This document shows, piece after piece, positions 49,127 through 57,394 of a DNA stretch of 64,000 nucleotides. Made by a program: the position numbers and the translations under genes. The notes under the pieces were generated by a model. The model ran no database searches. It worked only from the letters and a program-made list of their open reading frames with translations, and was not told the DNA's origin. How positions within the stretch are numbered: the first letter of the stretch is position 1; each line of letters opens with the position of its first letter. Source of the stretch: a virus (taxonomy: Duplodnaviria > Caudoviricetes); the IMG/VR virus record IMGVR_UViG_3300020577_008610, positions 32,001-96,000 of that record; one strand, written 5' to 3'.

Positions 49127-49319
49127 GACGCTTTATTGACTCCAAGTCTCTCAGGAATTCAACGTCAATGTCTTCTGAGATGCTCTGTGCCAATTCTTCA
49201 GTTAGCCTACTCTCCGGAGACGTGACCTTCAATCCGGCCTTACGTAGTCGTTGGTAGAGATGCTTTGACGTTTTCCAGGCTTCTTGAGCCTGTTTCCAAT
49301 GCGTTGGTGTCCAAGTCAT
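48789..49319 (-). CDS. Small protein, LRKAGLK motif + gp23-like helix fragment (3' part may be read-through)
   Basis: ATGA coupling at 49319; PESRLTEELAQSISEDIDVEFLRDL; distal part overlaps the next gene. Confidence 0.55.
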   Translation of the reverse strand: MTWTPTHWKQAQEAWKTSKHLYQRLRKAGLKVTSPESRLTEELAQSISEDIDVEFLRDLESIKRHDMLSLLPFIRPEPFEPVWCSDRSLWLVVQPAPLVAHVSLLSIILQPARNLLSGVSALPSLRFDLCQCGVCSPGATASKGWPEDCLKGVQFPKRDHEPIWGQDGQIGVFWSS

Positions 49320-49966
49320 GGCAACAATCGCCAACCCTTTGTTTGAGAGATTTTGCCTCGAATCAAAGCTCCCAACCCTTGAGGCAAAAGTCCGTGCGTC
49401 TTGGAAAAAGCATTAAGGTTGGTGATTGGTCCGAAAACTTCTCCGGTAGGGGATAAAAGTTTCACATCAAATGTCTTGGCTTGAGCTTTGCTGATGTTCA
49501 ACTTCCACTCGTCCGTGAACGGAGTACGCTCCTTGCCTTTCCTGGTCTCTCCAATCTTTCGTTTGTGGTCTTCGGTGAATTTCTTACCCTTCTTCACCTC
49601 AGACCACATTCGAAGTTGTTCCGGAGTAAGCTTGGCTCCCTTGCGGTTAGGTGGCTTGCTGGCTTCAGCCTTGATATTGTAACACGTCTTGCAGCCATCC
49701 CAGAACAAGTCAACCCACTCCTGTTCAATCCGATCAAGATCGGGTGCGGCACATGGTTGCATCATGAACATCACAAATGCTTCCGAACCGTACTTATTGA
49801 AGGCTCGCTGCAAGTGAATGTTGTCGTGTTTCCCTCTCTGGAGAAGCGACAAATGCTCATTGAATCGACGCTTCAACCCATTTGCTTGACCGATGTAGAA
49901 ATGGCCGTTCGACATGTTCTCAATCACGTAAACACCAATCAAGGCTTCATATTCAAGGAGTTTCAT
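49316..49966 (-). mobile_element. Free-standing GIY-YIG homing endonuclease gene
   Basis: GVYVIEN...FYIGQA, CYN, NUMOD3. Confidence 0.87.
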
Positions 49967-51036
49967 GCGAAATTCTTGTCAGGCATTTCCGTGGTAACAT
50001 AATGCAAAATCTCATTGGAATTTTTGTAATAACAATGCCAACACTGGCCTTGGATGTCAATGTCATAAGGATTGCCTCCCGCCTTGAAATTGGCATTCAT
50101 AGAATGCCAGGCTTCTTTGATCTTGTCCGAGTCGCATAGCTTCCAAGTGTCGTGATAGTTCCGGTGCTTTAGAACATGGGAGGTGCACATGTACACACCG
50201 TTCCACACCCAGTAGGGTCTCACCATTCCAACCCAACAGCCGCCTTGGTAGGCATGGAAGGTCTCTCCAATCTCCTTGATGAAGAACTTGGAGTTGGTGT
50301 CAACAGCCTTCACGATGTCACCCCAGTCCTTCTTGATGGTGATGGAGTTCTCGGTGAGGCAGTCAGAGGCGATTCGAACGAACTTGATCTCCGGGTTCAA
50401 TTCCACCAGTTTTGCGATCTTCTGGATGGACTCCACAGTGGTGCCTTCGTAGATGATGTAACTGAATCCCATCTTGGAGACGGGAAATCCCGTGAAGTCG
50501 TAATCCTCAGGGTTCTTACCTTCGTCCAGCTTGATGAGAGAAATTCGAATCCAAGAGAGCTTTGCAGCATTCTCTGGCTTGATGTGCCTGGAAAGCTTCT
50601 CGGAGTTGGTGATAACCCCAATCTCGTAGCCCAAAGAGTGTGCCAACTCAATGATGTGGTTGGCATTTTTGTCCCCATCTTTATAGAGCAGAGGGTTGCC
50701 ACCTCCAGTGATCTCCAAAGACTTGGCTCCCAGTTCTCGGAACTCTCGAAGACCCTTCTCGATGAGAGCAAAAGGGATCTTCTTGTCCACCGACCTCCAG
50801 GATACCGAGCAGAATGGGCAGTTGGAATCGCAAGCTTCTGTGGGAGCAAGCTGGATGGTGATTGGCTTGAAGGTTTTGTCAGCCTGGATGGAATGCAACA
50901 CGTCAGCATGTTGAAGGAGTTTTCCTCCCCAGGTAGAATACGCTTGCGTCTGCTGCTCGTAACTCAGGTTCTCCTTCACAGGAGCCCCAACAGGCTGCTG
51001 CCCTGGCTGAATCACGTTTAACTTTGTTTTACCCAT
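49963..51036 (-). CDS. Radical SAM enzyme with SPASM/twitch-like C-terminus
   Basis: CDSNCPFC, ITGGGNP, ITN; C-terminal CWVG..YMC..CWHC. Confidence 0.88.
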   Translation of the reverse strand: MGKTKLNVIQPGQQPVGAPVKENLSYEQQTQAYSTWGGKLLQHADVLHSIQADKTFKPITIQLAPTEACDSNCPFCSVSWRSVDKKIPFALIEKGLREFRELGAKSLEITGGGNPLLYKDGDKNANHIIELAHSLGYEIGVITNSEKLSRHIKPENAAKLSWIRISLIKLDEGKNPEDYDFTGFPVSKMGFSYIIYEGTTVESIQKIAKLVELNPEIKFVRIASDCLTENSITIKKDWGDIVKAVDTNSKFFIKEIGETFHAYQGGCWVGMVRPYWVWNGVYMCTSHVLKHRNYHDTWKLCDSDKIKEAWHSMNANFKAGGNPYDIDIQGQCWHCYYKNSNEILHYVTTEMPDKNFA

Positions 51037-51421
51037 GTTGTTTCACCTCACGAATCTGCTGTTCCTCATCGAAGACGGTGGACCCACCCATCAAAAGTCC
51101 AAAGTGGTTTTCGTACCCGGCATTAGAGAAAACTTCATCCCCAGAAGCTTTACTCTCCAGTTCTCGAAACACAGCATCCGAAGACCCAAGAGACGGGTTG
51201 ATAAAAACCTGAATATTCATCCCCTTTCGGATGTACCGCCGCAGGGCATAGAACTCCGAGGAGCTTTTGTGGTCATCGTTATCCACCCACAACAGAACCT
51301 CTACTGGATCAAACTTCTGACCCGTCTTGGCTCTCCAGGCTTCATAACCAACAACGCTGTCCAGAAATTTAAACAGGGTAGCAGGATCTTTTGGGAAATA
51401 CAAGCAAATGGTGATAGACAT
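51029..51421 (-). CDS. Truncated GT2-like protein
   Basis: VEVLLWVDNDD and ASGDEV resemble LEIVFYMDKDD and ATGEI of the adjacent GT. Confidence 0.5.
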   Translation of the reverse strand: MSITICLYFPKDPATLFKFLDSVVGYEAWRAKTGQKFDPVEVLLWVDNDDHKSSSEFYALRRYIRKGMNIQVFINPSLGSSDAVFRELESKASGDEVFSNAGYENHFGLLMGGSTVFDEEQQIREVKQHG

Positions 51422-51423
51422 AG

Positions 51424-52134
51424 TTATCCGATCTTGGTGTAAGTTCGAATGAACTCCAGGAGTTTCCGAGCATCTTCCTGACGCTTAGGGAACATGTCAT
51501 TATACATCTGGGTCACATTGTCCCGATGGCCACGAGCCACAGTATCAGAGTAGGTCTGATCTCTTGGCTGCTTTCCGACAGCCCAGTGCATGTGCTCTGT
51601 ATAGATACGCGGCTCATAAACTCTCCGACCAATCATCGTGCTTACATCAGTGAGCCAAGTGTCATTGTAGTCACAGGAAAAGTACGGAGGTACGAAGTAG
51701 CCAACGGTATTCACCCAGTTCCGGTGAAGGAAACCGTGGGTACCCAGCTTTTCATTTTGGATGCCGTCCATCCCGTGAACAAATACGATTTTGTCCGGCT
51801 GGGCATTGATGTGCTGCCTTACCAGAGTGTCCCACCCCTGGGAGCGGAAAATAATGTCATCGCCGCAATGCAGGTAGATTTCACCTGTGGCAATCTTCTG
51901 GCATTCATTCCACATCTGGGAAAGGACAATTCTTTCTCCGCAGATGCCAAGGTGCTGTGGAGAGTCCATTCGCTCGAACTGCTCCAAGGAGTGAATGTCA
52001 TCCTTGTCCATGTAGAAGACAATTTCCAGATTTTCCTTGTCGTCGGCTGTGTTCCAAGCAGACTCCCAGAGACGCTGCATTGCGTGTGGTCTTCCCCTGG
52101 TGGGTGTGAGAAGGCTGATCTTTGTATTGCTCAT
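51424..52134 (-). CDS. Glycosyltransferase, GT2-like
   Basis: ISLLTPTRGR, CGDD, YNDTW. Confidence 0.82.
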   Translation of the reverse strand: MSNTKISLLTPTRGRPHAMQRLWESAWNTADDKENLEIVFYMDKDDIHSLEQFERMDSPQHLGICGERIVLSQMWNECQKIATGEIYLHCGDDIIFRSQGWDTLVRQHINAQPDKIVFVHGMDGIQNEKLGTHGFLHRNWVNTVGYFVPPYFSCDYNDTWLTDVSTMIGRRVYEPRIYTEHMHWAVGKQPRDQTYSDTVARGHRDNVTQMYNDMFPKRQEDARKLLEFIRTYTKIG

Positions 52135-52490
52135 AGTCGAATAGACCTCATTTGCCCATTCTCATGGATTCCCATGAAATTGGAATGCTCCCGGACCCAA
52201 GACTCTCCAGAAGCGTCCTCGTAGGTGACCAGGAACCTTGTTGGATCTTCACAGTCACGAGATACACGAACAACAGTATACACGGTGCCCTTGAAATGCC
52301 TCCACTTGGTTCCAGGAACAGGATCGAGGGGTTTGGGATCCAGGTTCTTGTTGTTTGATACGTTTCTGCCTCTGAGAACATCTCGGAGTTCTTGTACCTG
52401 TTTGGCCATGACTAGATACGAAGTCTTCATCCAGGACTCAATTCCATAGCCTTCAAAAGACTTCACCAATTCTTCAAGGTCAACATCCAT
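52131..52490 (-). CDS. DUF1653-like protein
   Basis: WRHFKGTVYTV...VTYE...WVR...F. Confidence 0.75.
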   Translation of the reverse strand: MDVDLEELVKSFEGYGIESWMKTSYLVMAKQVQELRDVLRGRNVSNNKNLDPKPLDPVPGTKWRHFKGTVYTVVRVSRDCEDPTRFLVTYEDASGESWVREHSNFMGIHENGQMRSIRL

Positions 52491-52526
52491 TGTTTGCTAT
52501 TCTCCATTCCTTGTGGGACATTTCTC

Positions 52527-53297
52527 CTATTGAGATTCGTCATTTACTCCCGTCCATCTTCTGTAAAGGTAGAGTTTTTCAGCCAAAACAGTGGTGTTTC
52601 TGAGAGCAAGTGTCACTCTTAGGTTAAAGTCAGAGTCCTCCGAGTTGGTGATCCGGAGACCCATTCCTGGAGGGTTGAACCGGAACCCAACGTTCCAGAG
52701 AGCCTTGAGGAACATCGCAGAAGTTCCAGCTGTTTCAAACTCTGCCGTGAAGAAATGGTTAATGCCCTCGGTCTGGAATCCGTACTGAACCATCTGGGAA
52801 ATGGTATCAGCTTCAATACCCTTGAGATCTCCTTCCACGTATTCATTCTTTCGTGCCTGCACCTCTTCCTCGGAGTGGCAGTGGTAGAAGCCACACAGGT
52901 TGTGAACGCTCTCTGTGGCCCTCATGGCCTGAAATTGCCTCTCGATTCGCTGAGGCAATGCAATGTCATCAGCATCCTGACAGGTAATGACGAGGCCATT
53001 GCATTGCTCAATTGCGGCATTCAAGCAAAACCACTTCCCCTTGTTGGAAGGAAGGTTGATGTAGCGAACCCTAGGGTCCTTGCGACACATTCTTTGGGCT
53101 ACCTCATCTGTCTCATCCGTTGAGCCATCATTCACGATGACGATCTCCAGGTTTCGGTAGGTCTGTCCGATAATGCTCTCCACGCTCTCTTGGAGAAACT
53201 TCCCATGATTAAAACAAGGGATGACTACAGTAATCGTAGGGAGTTCAGTAATCGATTCGTCCTGGCTGGGCTGCTCTGTTGCTGCTTCTGTTGACAT
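52527..53297 (-). CDS. Glycosyltransferase, GT2
   Basis: VVIPCFN, VNDGSTD, QDADD, SED. Confidence 0.92.
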   Translation of the reverse strand: MSTEAATEQPSQDESITELPTITVVIPCFNHGKFLQESVESIIGQTYRNLEIVIVNDGSTDETDEVAQRMCRKDPRVRYINLPSNKGKWFCLNAAIEQCNGLVITCQDADDIALPQRIERQFQAMRATESVHNLCGFYHCHSEEEVQARKNEYVEGDLKGIEADTISQMVQYGFQTEGINHFFTAEFETAGTSAMFLKALWNVGFRFNPPGMGLRITNSEDSDFNLRVTLALRNTTVLAEKLYLYRRWTGVNDESQ

Positions 53298-53581
53298 GTT
53301 TTGAGTCCTGCTTTTCTCAGTTGTTTGCTCAAAGAGAAAGATAGTCTCCCATGAACGGGATGAATATATCTTTCTGAACCTGAAGTGGGTTCTACCACAT
53401 TTTATGCTCTTCTAGGCTTGCAGCTAGTTTTCAATCCAGTGGACTTCGAAATAGCTTTGAGGCCAGCTCTCCAAAGCTGCCTGGCAAAGTTCTACTTTGC
53501 CATGGCTTTCTCTGGAAGGTACTTTGGCGACTCACTGCCTGGTGGATGAGTGGTAATGAACCATTTGAAACTTTTACCCAT
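53225..53581 (-). other. Two tandem in-frame mini-ORFs with LW/LR(R/K)AGLK motifs (first interrupted by TAG)
   Basis: MGKSFKW...AMAK*NFARQLWRAGLKAIS...RRA* then VVEP...LSKQLRKAGLKTCQ...*; below the ORF-track cutoff. Confidence 0.5.
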
Positions 53582-54602
53582 GCGTTTTTACCCAATCTTG
53601 GATGAGAGCAGGGTGGGACCTGTGGATAGTAACGTGAGGAGTTGCCGTTCCCGACCATCTGAAGTGAAAGATGTGCCCTCCGGTCTTATTCTCCAGGTCC
53701 ACGGCCTTTTGACGGATCATCTCATCGGTTACCTTGGCCCAAGGGACTTCAAAGAATGGATTCCAGTCAGGGTCCTTGTTCTTAGCACTGTCCGGACCGT
53801 ACATGGCTTTCCAAAAGGTTGTCCAGAAGGAACGGTACTGCTTGATCTTTCGCTCCACGGAAAACCAGGAATAATGATGAACTCCTGGGAGCTCTGTGAC
53901 AGCTTGATTGAACCACTTTTCGTAAGTAGCAATCAACTTGGAAGGATTTTTCATCACTATGTGTCGAAGACTGTCAATCTCTGGGGGCATGAAGCCCATC
54001 ACAGGGAGAATTTGGCCTGTACTCTTGGAGATGTAGTCGCAGGTATCTGTTCCCGGCGAGGCATAGTCCAGGCCGTTAAATTTCCTCCTGAGCTGGACAG
54101 GGATGCCGTGAGTGATGTCTGGAAGGTTTCGAGAAAGACGAGCTTTCCAGGGGTTGATATCAGCTCGAACCTTCCCTTTGCTTCCCCAGTATTCAATAAC
54201 AGGCAAGGCCACAATGGAGCATTGCCGAAGGTAATTCAGCTTCTCAATCAAAGGCCGAATCTTCGGAGCATCCAACTCGTGGACAATCTCATCCGTATCG
54301 AACTGCCATAGAAACTGCCCCTTGCAGTGAGACCTAGCCAGGGCCTTCGTCTGCCCATCGAAGATACCGTGATTAGGGGCCTTCCAGTCGAACTGATCGG
54401 TATGGAGGGCCCTAACCCTAGGGTCCTCCTTGGAGAGAGCTTGTAGAGCCTCCAGGGTGCCTTCGTTGGGGTCTCCAGAATCCAGAACAACTACCTCGTC
54501 AGCAAATTGAAGCATGCTCTTGATGGACTCCAGGAAAGGGTAGTCCATAGTCAGGGCATTGCGAGTGGTCGTGTAAGCAGAAATGGTAACTGCGGGAGGC
54601 AT
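53574..54602 (-). CDS. Glycosyltransferase, GT2-like
   Basis: YPFLESIKSML, DEVVVLDSG, QFDTDE. Confidence 0.8.
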   Translation of the reverse strand: MPPAVTISAYTTTRNALTMDYPFLESIKSMLQFADEVVVLDSGDPNEGTLEALQALSKEDPRVRALHTDQFDWKAPNHGIFDGQTKALARSHCKGQFLWQFDTDEIVHELDAPKIRPLIEKLNYLRQCSIVALPVIEYWGSKGKVRADINPWKARLSRNLPDITHGIPVQLRRKFNGLDYASPGTDTCDYISKSTGQILPVMGFMPPEIDSLRHIVMKNPSKLIATYEKWFNQAVTELPGVHHYSWFSVERKIKQYRSFWTTFWKAMYGPDSAKNKDPDWNPFFEVPWAKVTDEMIRQKAVDLENKTGGHIFHFRWSGTATPHVTIHRSHPALIQDWVKTHG

Positions 54603-54605
54603 GGG

Positions 54606-54944
54606 TTACTCTTCCTCGACAACTTCATCACAACTTTGGAAGTTGGGGTGAGGAAGCCGGCACTCTGAACACACCTTCACAGCTCTCATTTTTCCCTTTA
54701 CGGTTTTGAGAGTGGAAGTCCCAGCTGCTTTCGGTTGAAATTCTGGAAGTTCTGCCGCAAGATCTCCTTGGTAACGTTCGATAAGAAATACGGCAGTCAA
54801 AACAGGTCGAAGAGTCTTTGAAAGCTCTTTTGTCAGCTTCCCATCGGACTTTTTTTGCTTCCGAAGGTCATCCAAGTTGTCGGCGGCATCTCGAAGAGTT
54901 GCGATGACTCCTTTCAATATCACTTCCAGTTCTTCTCGTTTCAT
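54606..54944 (-). CDS. hypothetical protein with C-terminal CxxCxxxH..C
   Basis: 112 aa, GGAGA RBS. Confidence 0.65.
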   Translation of the reverse strand: MKREELEVILKGVIATLRDAADNLDDLRKQKKSDGKLTKELSKTLRPVLTAVFLIERYQGDLAAELPEFQPKAAGTSTLKTVKGKMRAVKVCSECRLPHPNFQSCDEVVEEE

Positions 54945-54959
54945 GTGTTCTCCAAATGC

Positions 54960-54987
54960 ATAAGGGGAGCCTTCTGGCTCCCCTTAT
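54960..54987. terminator. Perfect 12-bp hairpin, putative terminator
   Basis: ATAAGGGGAGCC-ttct-GGCTCCCCTTAT downstream of 55019-56092. Confidence 0.6.
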
Positions 54988-54994
54988 TATATCA
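54986..54994 (-). promoter_or_regulatory. Sigma70-like extended -10 promoter TGATATAAT
   Basis: Perfect TGnTATAAT 42 nt upstream of the 54944 start. Confidence 0.5.
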
Positions 54995-55018
54995 CTTGGA
55001 GTTTCGAAACGCTACGGA

Positions 55019-56092
55019 TTACCACTCTCCGTTGGTGATGACGTTCTTGGGAGTGGGAGTTGGACCCTTGAGATTGACCGTGTGGTTGGTGATCTTTTCG
55101 TTTAGGGGAGAGTCGTCCTGCTGACCGGTGAACCCATGATCCTTGTCCTTCTGGGAAACAGGCTTCACGTTGGCCAGAGTACCGGAACCCTTGACGGCAT
55201 CATGGCCGTTCTCGTAGGTGAAGTAGGCTCCCTTGTACTCCGAAGCAGCGATGGGGCTCTCGGGGCACTTCTCTCCGGTAATTTGTTTCCAGAGTTCAGC
55301 GTTGACAATGTGGATGAACACACGTTCAGCCTTGGCTTGATCCCACACTTCGATCCCATGAGGATCCTCGTAGACCTTCTGCTCCATCCGGCCACCCTGA
55401 GCCAGGCCCATCTCGGTCGACTTGTTGAAGGAGCGAGAAGACGACCTGGTTGCGATCGGAGCACCAAAAGGTTCGGCGGAAGTGTTGTAAGGCTCAAATG
55501 CGGCTATACTGGCAGCGTAGATCTCCGGATCACCTCGATAGGTGTATTGAGGTACCTTAATGGCCCCAGGTTTCGGAGGAATCACGAGAACCTGGATGCC
55601 TCCCACGTCTTCCTTACCGGTGACCTGGGCTTCCACGGTGTAACTCTTGCCCATCTGCATGGCCACGAACTGACGAATCTGTCCGCCACCGATGTTGAAC
55701 CCATCCAGCCAGGGCTGGGGATCAGGAGCGACCATGTAGTCTTGCTCAGGATCTTTGCCATCCACGCCGGTTGGGGGTTGAAGCTCCTGGGACCACTTGC
55801 CACCGGAAACAGCATTTACCTTGCCGGTTGCCACCTTCACGGCAGAGGTTGGGCCGGAGAAGCCAAGCCACATTGCTTCACGCTCGAACATGGGGATGAA
55901 GACACCACCGTGGTCCTTCCAGGCAGCAGGCACCTTATCCTTGTAGTCTTCGATCCGCTTCATGGCGAAGTGCCCACGAGACGGAGGAAGGGAGTGAGAC
56001 TTCCCATCCTCTGGCAGCCGAATGGTCCGGTGCAGGGTGATGGTGAAGCCGTTGTCGAACACGATGGAACCGTTCTGAATCTTGATCGTCAT
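55019..56092 (-). CDS. Conserved uncharacterised protein (RTxRxPxDG / QPWLDG / RQFVAM family)
   Basis: HRTIRLPEDG..LPP, EREAMWLGF, QPWLDG, RQFVAMQMG..YTVEAQVTG. Confidence 0.7.
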   Translation of the reverse strand: MTIKIQNGSIVFDNGFTITLHRTIRLPEDGKSHSLPPSRGHFAMKRIEDYKDKVPAAWKDHGGVFIPMFEREAMWLGFSGPTSAVKVATGKVNAVSGGKWSQELQPPTGVDGKDPEQDYMVAPDPQPWLDGFNIGGGQIRQFVAMQMGKSYTVEAQVTGKEDVGGIQVLVIPPKPGAIKVPQYTYRGDPEIYAASIAAFEPYNTSAEPFGAPIATRSSSRSFNKSTEMGLAQGGRMEQKVYEDPHGIEVWDQAKAERVFIHIVNAELWKQITGEKCPESPIAASEYKGAYFTYENGHDAVKGSGTLANVKPVSQKDKDHGFTGQQDDSPLNEKITNHTVNLKGPTPTPKNVITNGEW

Positions 56093-56104
56093 TTCTTGTT
56101 TTCC

Positions 56105-56971
56105 TTACGGACAGAGAGGGGTTGCTCTGAAATCACAGAACCGGCATGAGTTCCGGTTCTTTAGCCAGTAACGTTTGGCTATCAGGTTTACTGACAACGA
56201 AACGAGGTCCAGAGCATCTTTCCTCGTCTTGTCGCCTACAGACACCTCCACAAGCTCACAACGCTCTTTCTTGGCTGTACGCTTGAGGAGGACAAATCCA
56301 CACCGAATGTCCTCCAGCGGTATGCCCATTTTGACACTGAAATAGTGCTTGTAAAGGGTTAGCTGCATTCTTTTGAATTTGTCTTGCTTCTTCTTTTTGT
56401 CCCAACCCCAAGAGGTGGTTTTCCAATCAAGAATCCAGTAGATATAACCGGATGCAGGTTTCTTGCTGCCCTTCCGAGCCTGCTTGGGCACCTTAACCAC
56501 ACAGTCAACGAACCCTTTGAACCACTTGTTGGTTAGGCCTTCAATCGGCTCAAACAGCGGCAGTTCGGCTGCAACGACTTCCCATCCTGGGAAAGTCTCA
56601 TTCATCCAAATGGGAACCCTTCGAAGGATATGGTCGATGGGATTCATCCACTCCTCCATCAGAACTCCAGGATCCGGCTTAAAGTTGGGCAGCTTATCGA
56701 AGTCCTTGAGGATTTCGTTGTAGCAATCGTCAATCCGCTCTTCCCAGTCAAAGTCAGCAGTTTTACCCTTAAGCAGCCAATCCTGGAGAGCTGAGTGCAT
56801 TCCGTGACCGTAGATAGTATGCTCCGTATCAGGTTCGGTATGCCCATCCACGTACTTCAGTTTGTGCTTGTGACCGCAGTCATTGCATGTGCTGACTTCC
56901 GAGAAGGAAACGTGGTATTTCCCGGTCGGAAGTATTGTTGGGTCCTTGAAAAGAGGAAGGTGGACGGACAT
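56105..56971 (-). CDS. Cas4/RecB-like PD-(D/E)XK exonuclease
   Basis: SFSEV..CGHK, KGFVD, ILDWKT, QLTLY, C-terminal CRFCDF...C (Fe-S ligands). Confidence 0.85.
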   Translation of the reverse strand: MSVHLPLFKDPTILPTGKYHVSFSEVSTCNDCGHKHKLKYVDGHTEPDTEHTIYGHGMHSALQDWLLKGKTADFDWEERIDDCYNEILKDFDKLPNFKPDPGVLMEEWMNPIDHILRRVPIWMNETFPGWEVVAAELPLFEPIEGLTNKWFKGFVDCVVKVPKQARKGSKKPASGYIYWILDWKTTSWGWDKKKKQDKFKRMQLTLYKHYFSVKMGIPLEDIRCGFVLLKRTAKKERCELVEVSVGDKTRKDALDLVSLSVNLIAKRYWLKNRNSCRFCDFRATPLCP

Positions 56972-57007
56972 GGGTTTAGCATAACATGCTTCTGGCCCGA
57001 TGTTGAC

Positions 57008-57014
57008 CTATTTA
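57008..57014 (+). promoter_or_regulatory. Putative late promoter CTATTTA
   Basis: Motif 6 nt upstream of ATG 57020. Confidence 0.5.
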
Positions 57015-57019
57015 CCAAC

Positions 57020-57385
57020 ATGGACAAGACACCCGAAAATCTGAAACTCCTACAGGAGTTCACAGCCTATGTGATTGAGCAGCTCCAAATCCAGAGCAAT
57101 GCCAAGATCATTTTCCTTTTCGGACATGACCCCAATTACCCTTCTGCGGGCGGTTATCTCCCAGGCAAAAAGACCGTGGTGTGTGCTGTGAAGAACCGGG
57201 CCATTGCAGATGTCATGAGAACTCTAGCCCACGAACTGACCCACCATCGTCAATATGAGCTGGGGATGATTGGCCCTGGAGATATGGACAACCAGAAGCT
57301 TGAGGACCAAGCCAACGTTTACGCTGGCCGTCTGGTCAGGTGGTTCGGGCGGGAGCACAAGGAAATCTACGGGGACCTGGGCTAG
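57020..57385 (+). CDS. Small HExxH zincin metallopeptidase
   Basis: TLAHELTHHRQ...EDQANVYAG; start reassigned to 57020. Confidence 0.75.
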   Translation: MDKTPENLKLLQEFTAYVIEQLQIQSNAKIIFLFGHDPNYPSAGGYLPGKKTVVCAVKNRAIADVMRTLAHELTHHRQYELGMIGPGDMDNQKLEDQANVYAGRLVRWFGREHKEIYGDLG

Positions 57386-57394
57386 AACCTTCGG

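Noticed and set aside
53492-53494. Genome-wide TAG recoding
   Set aside because: Long genes are intact under the standard code and many end in TAG followed directly by the next gene; this is a single local case
56105-56971. Cas4-like gene as evidence of CRISPR-Cas
   Set aside because: No repeat-spacer array or other cas genes seen; solo Cas4-like nucleases are common in phages
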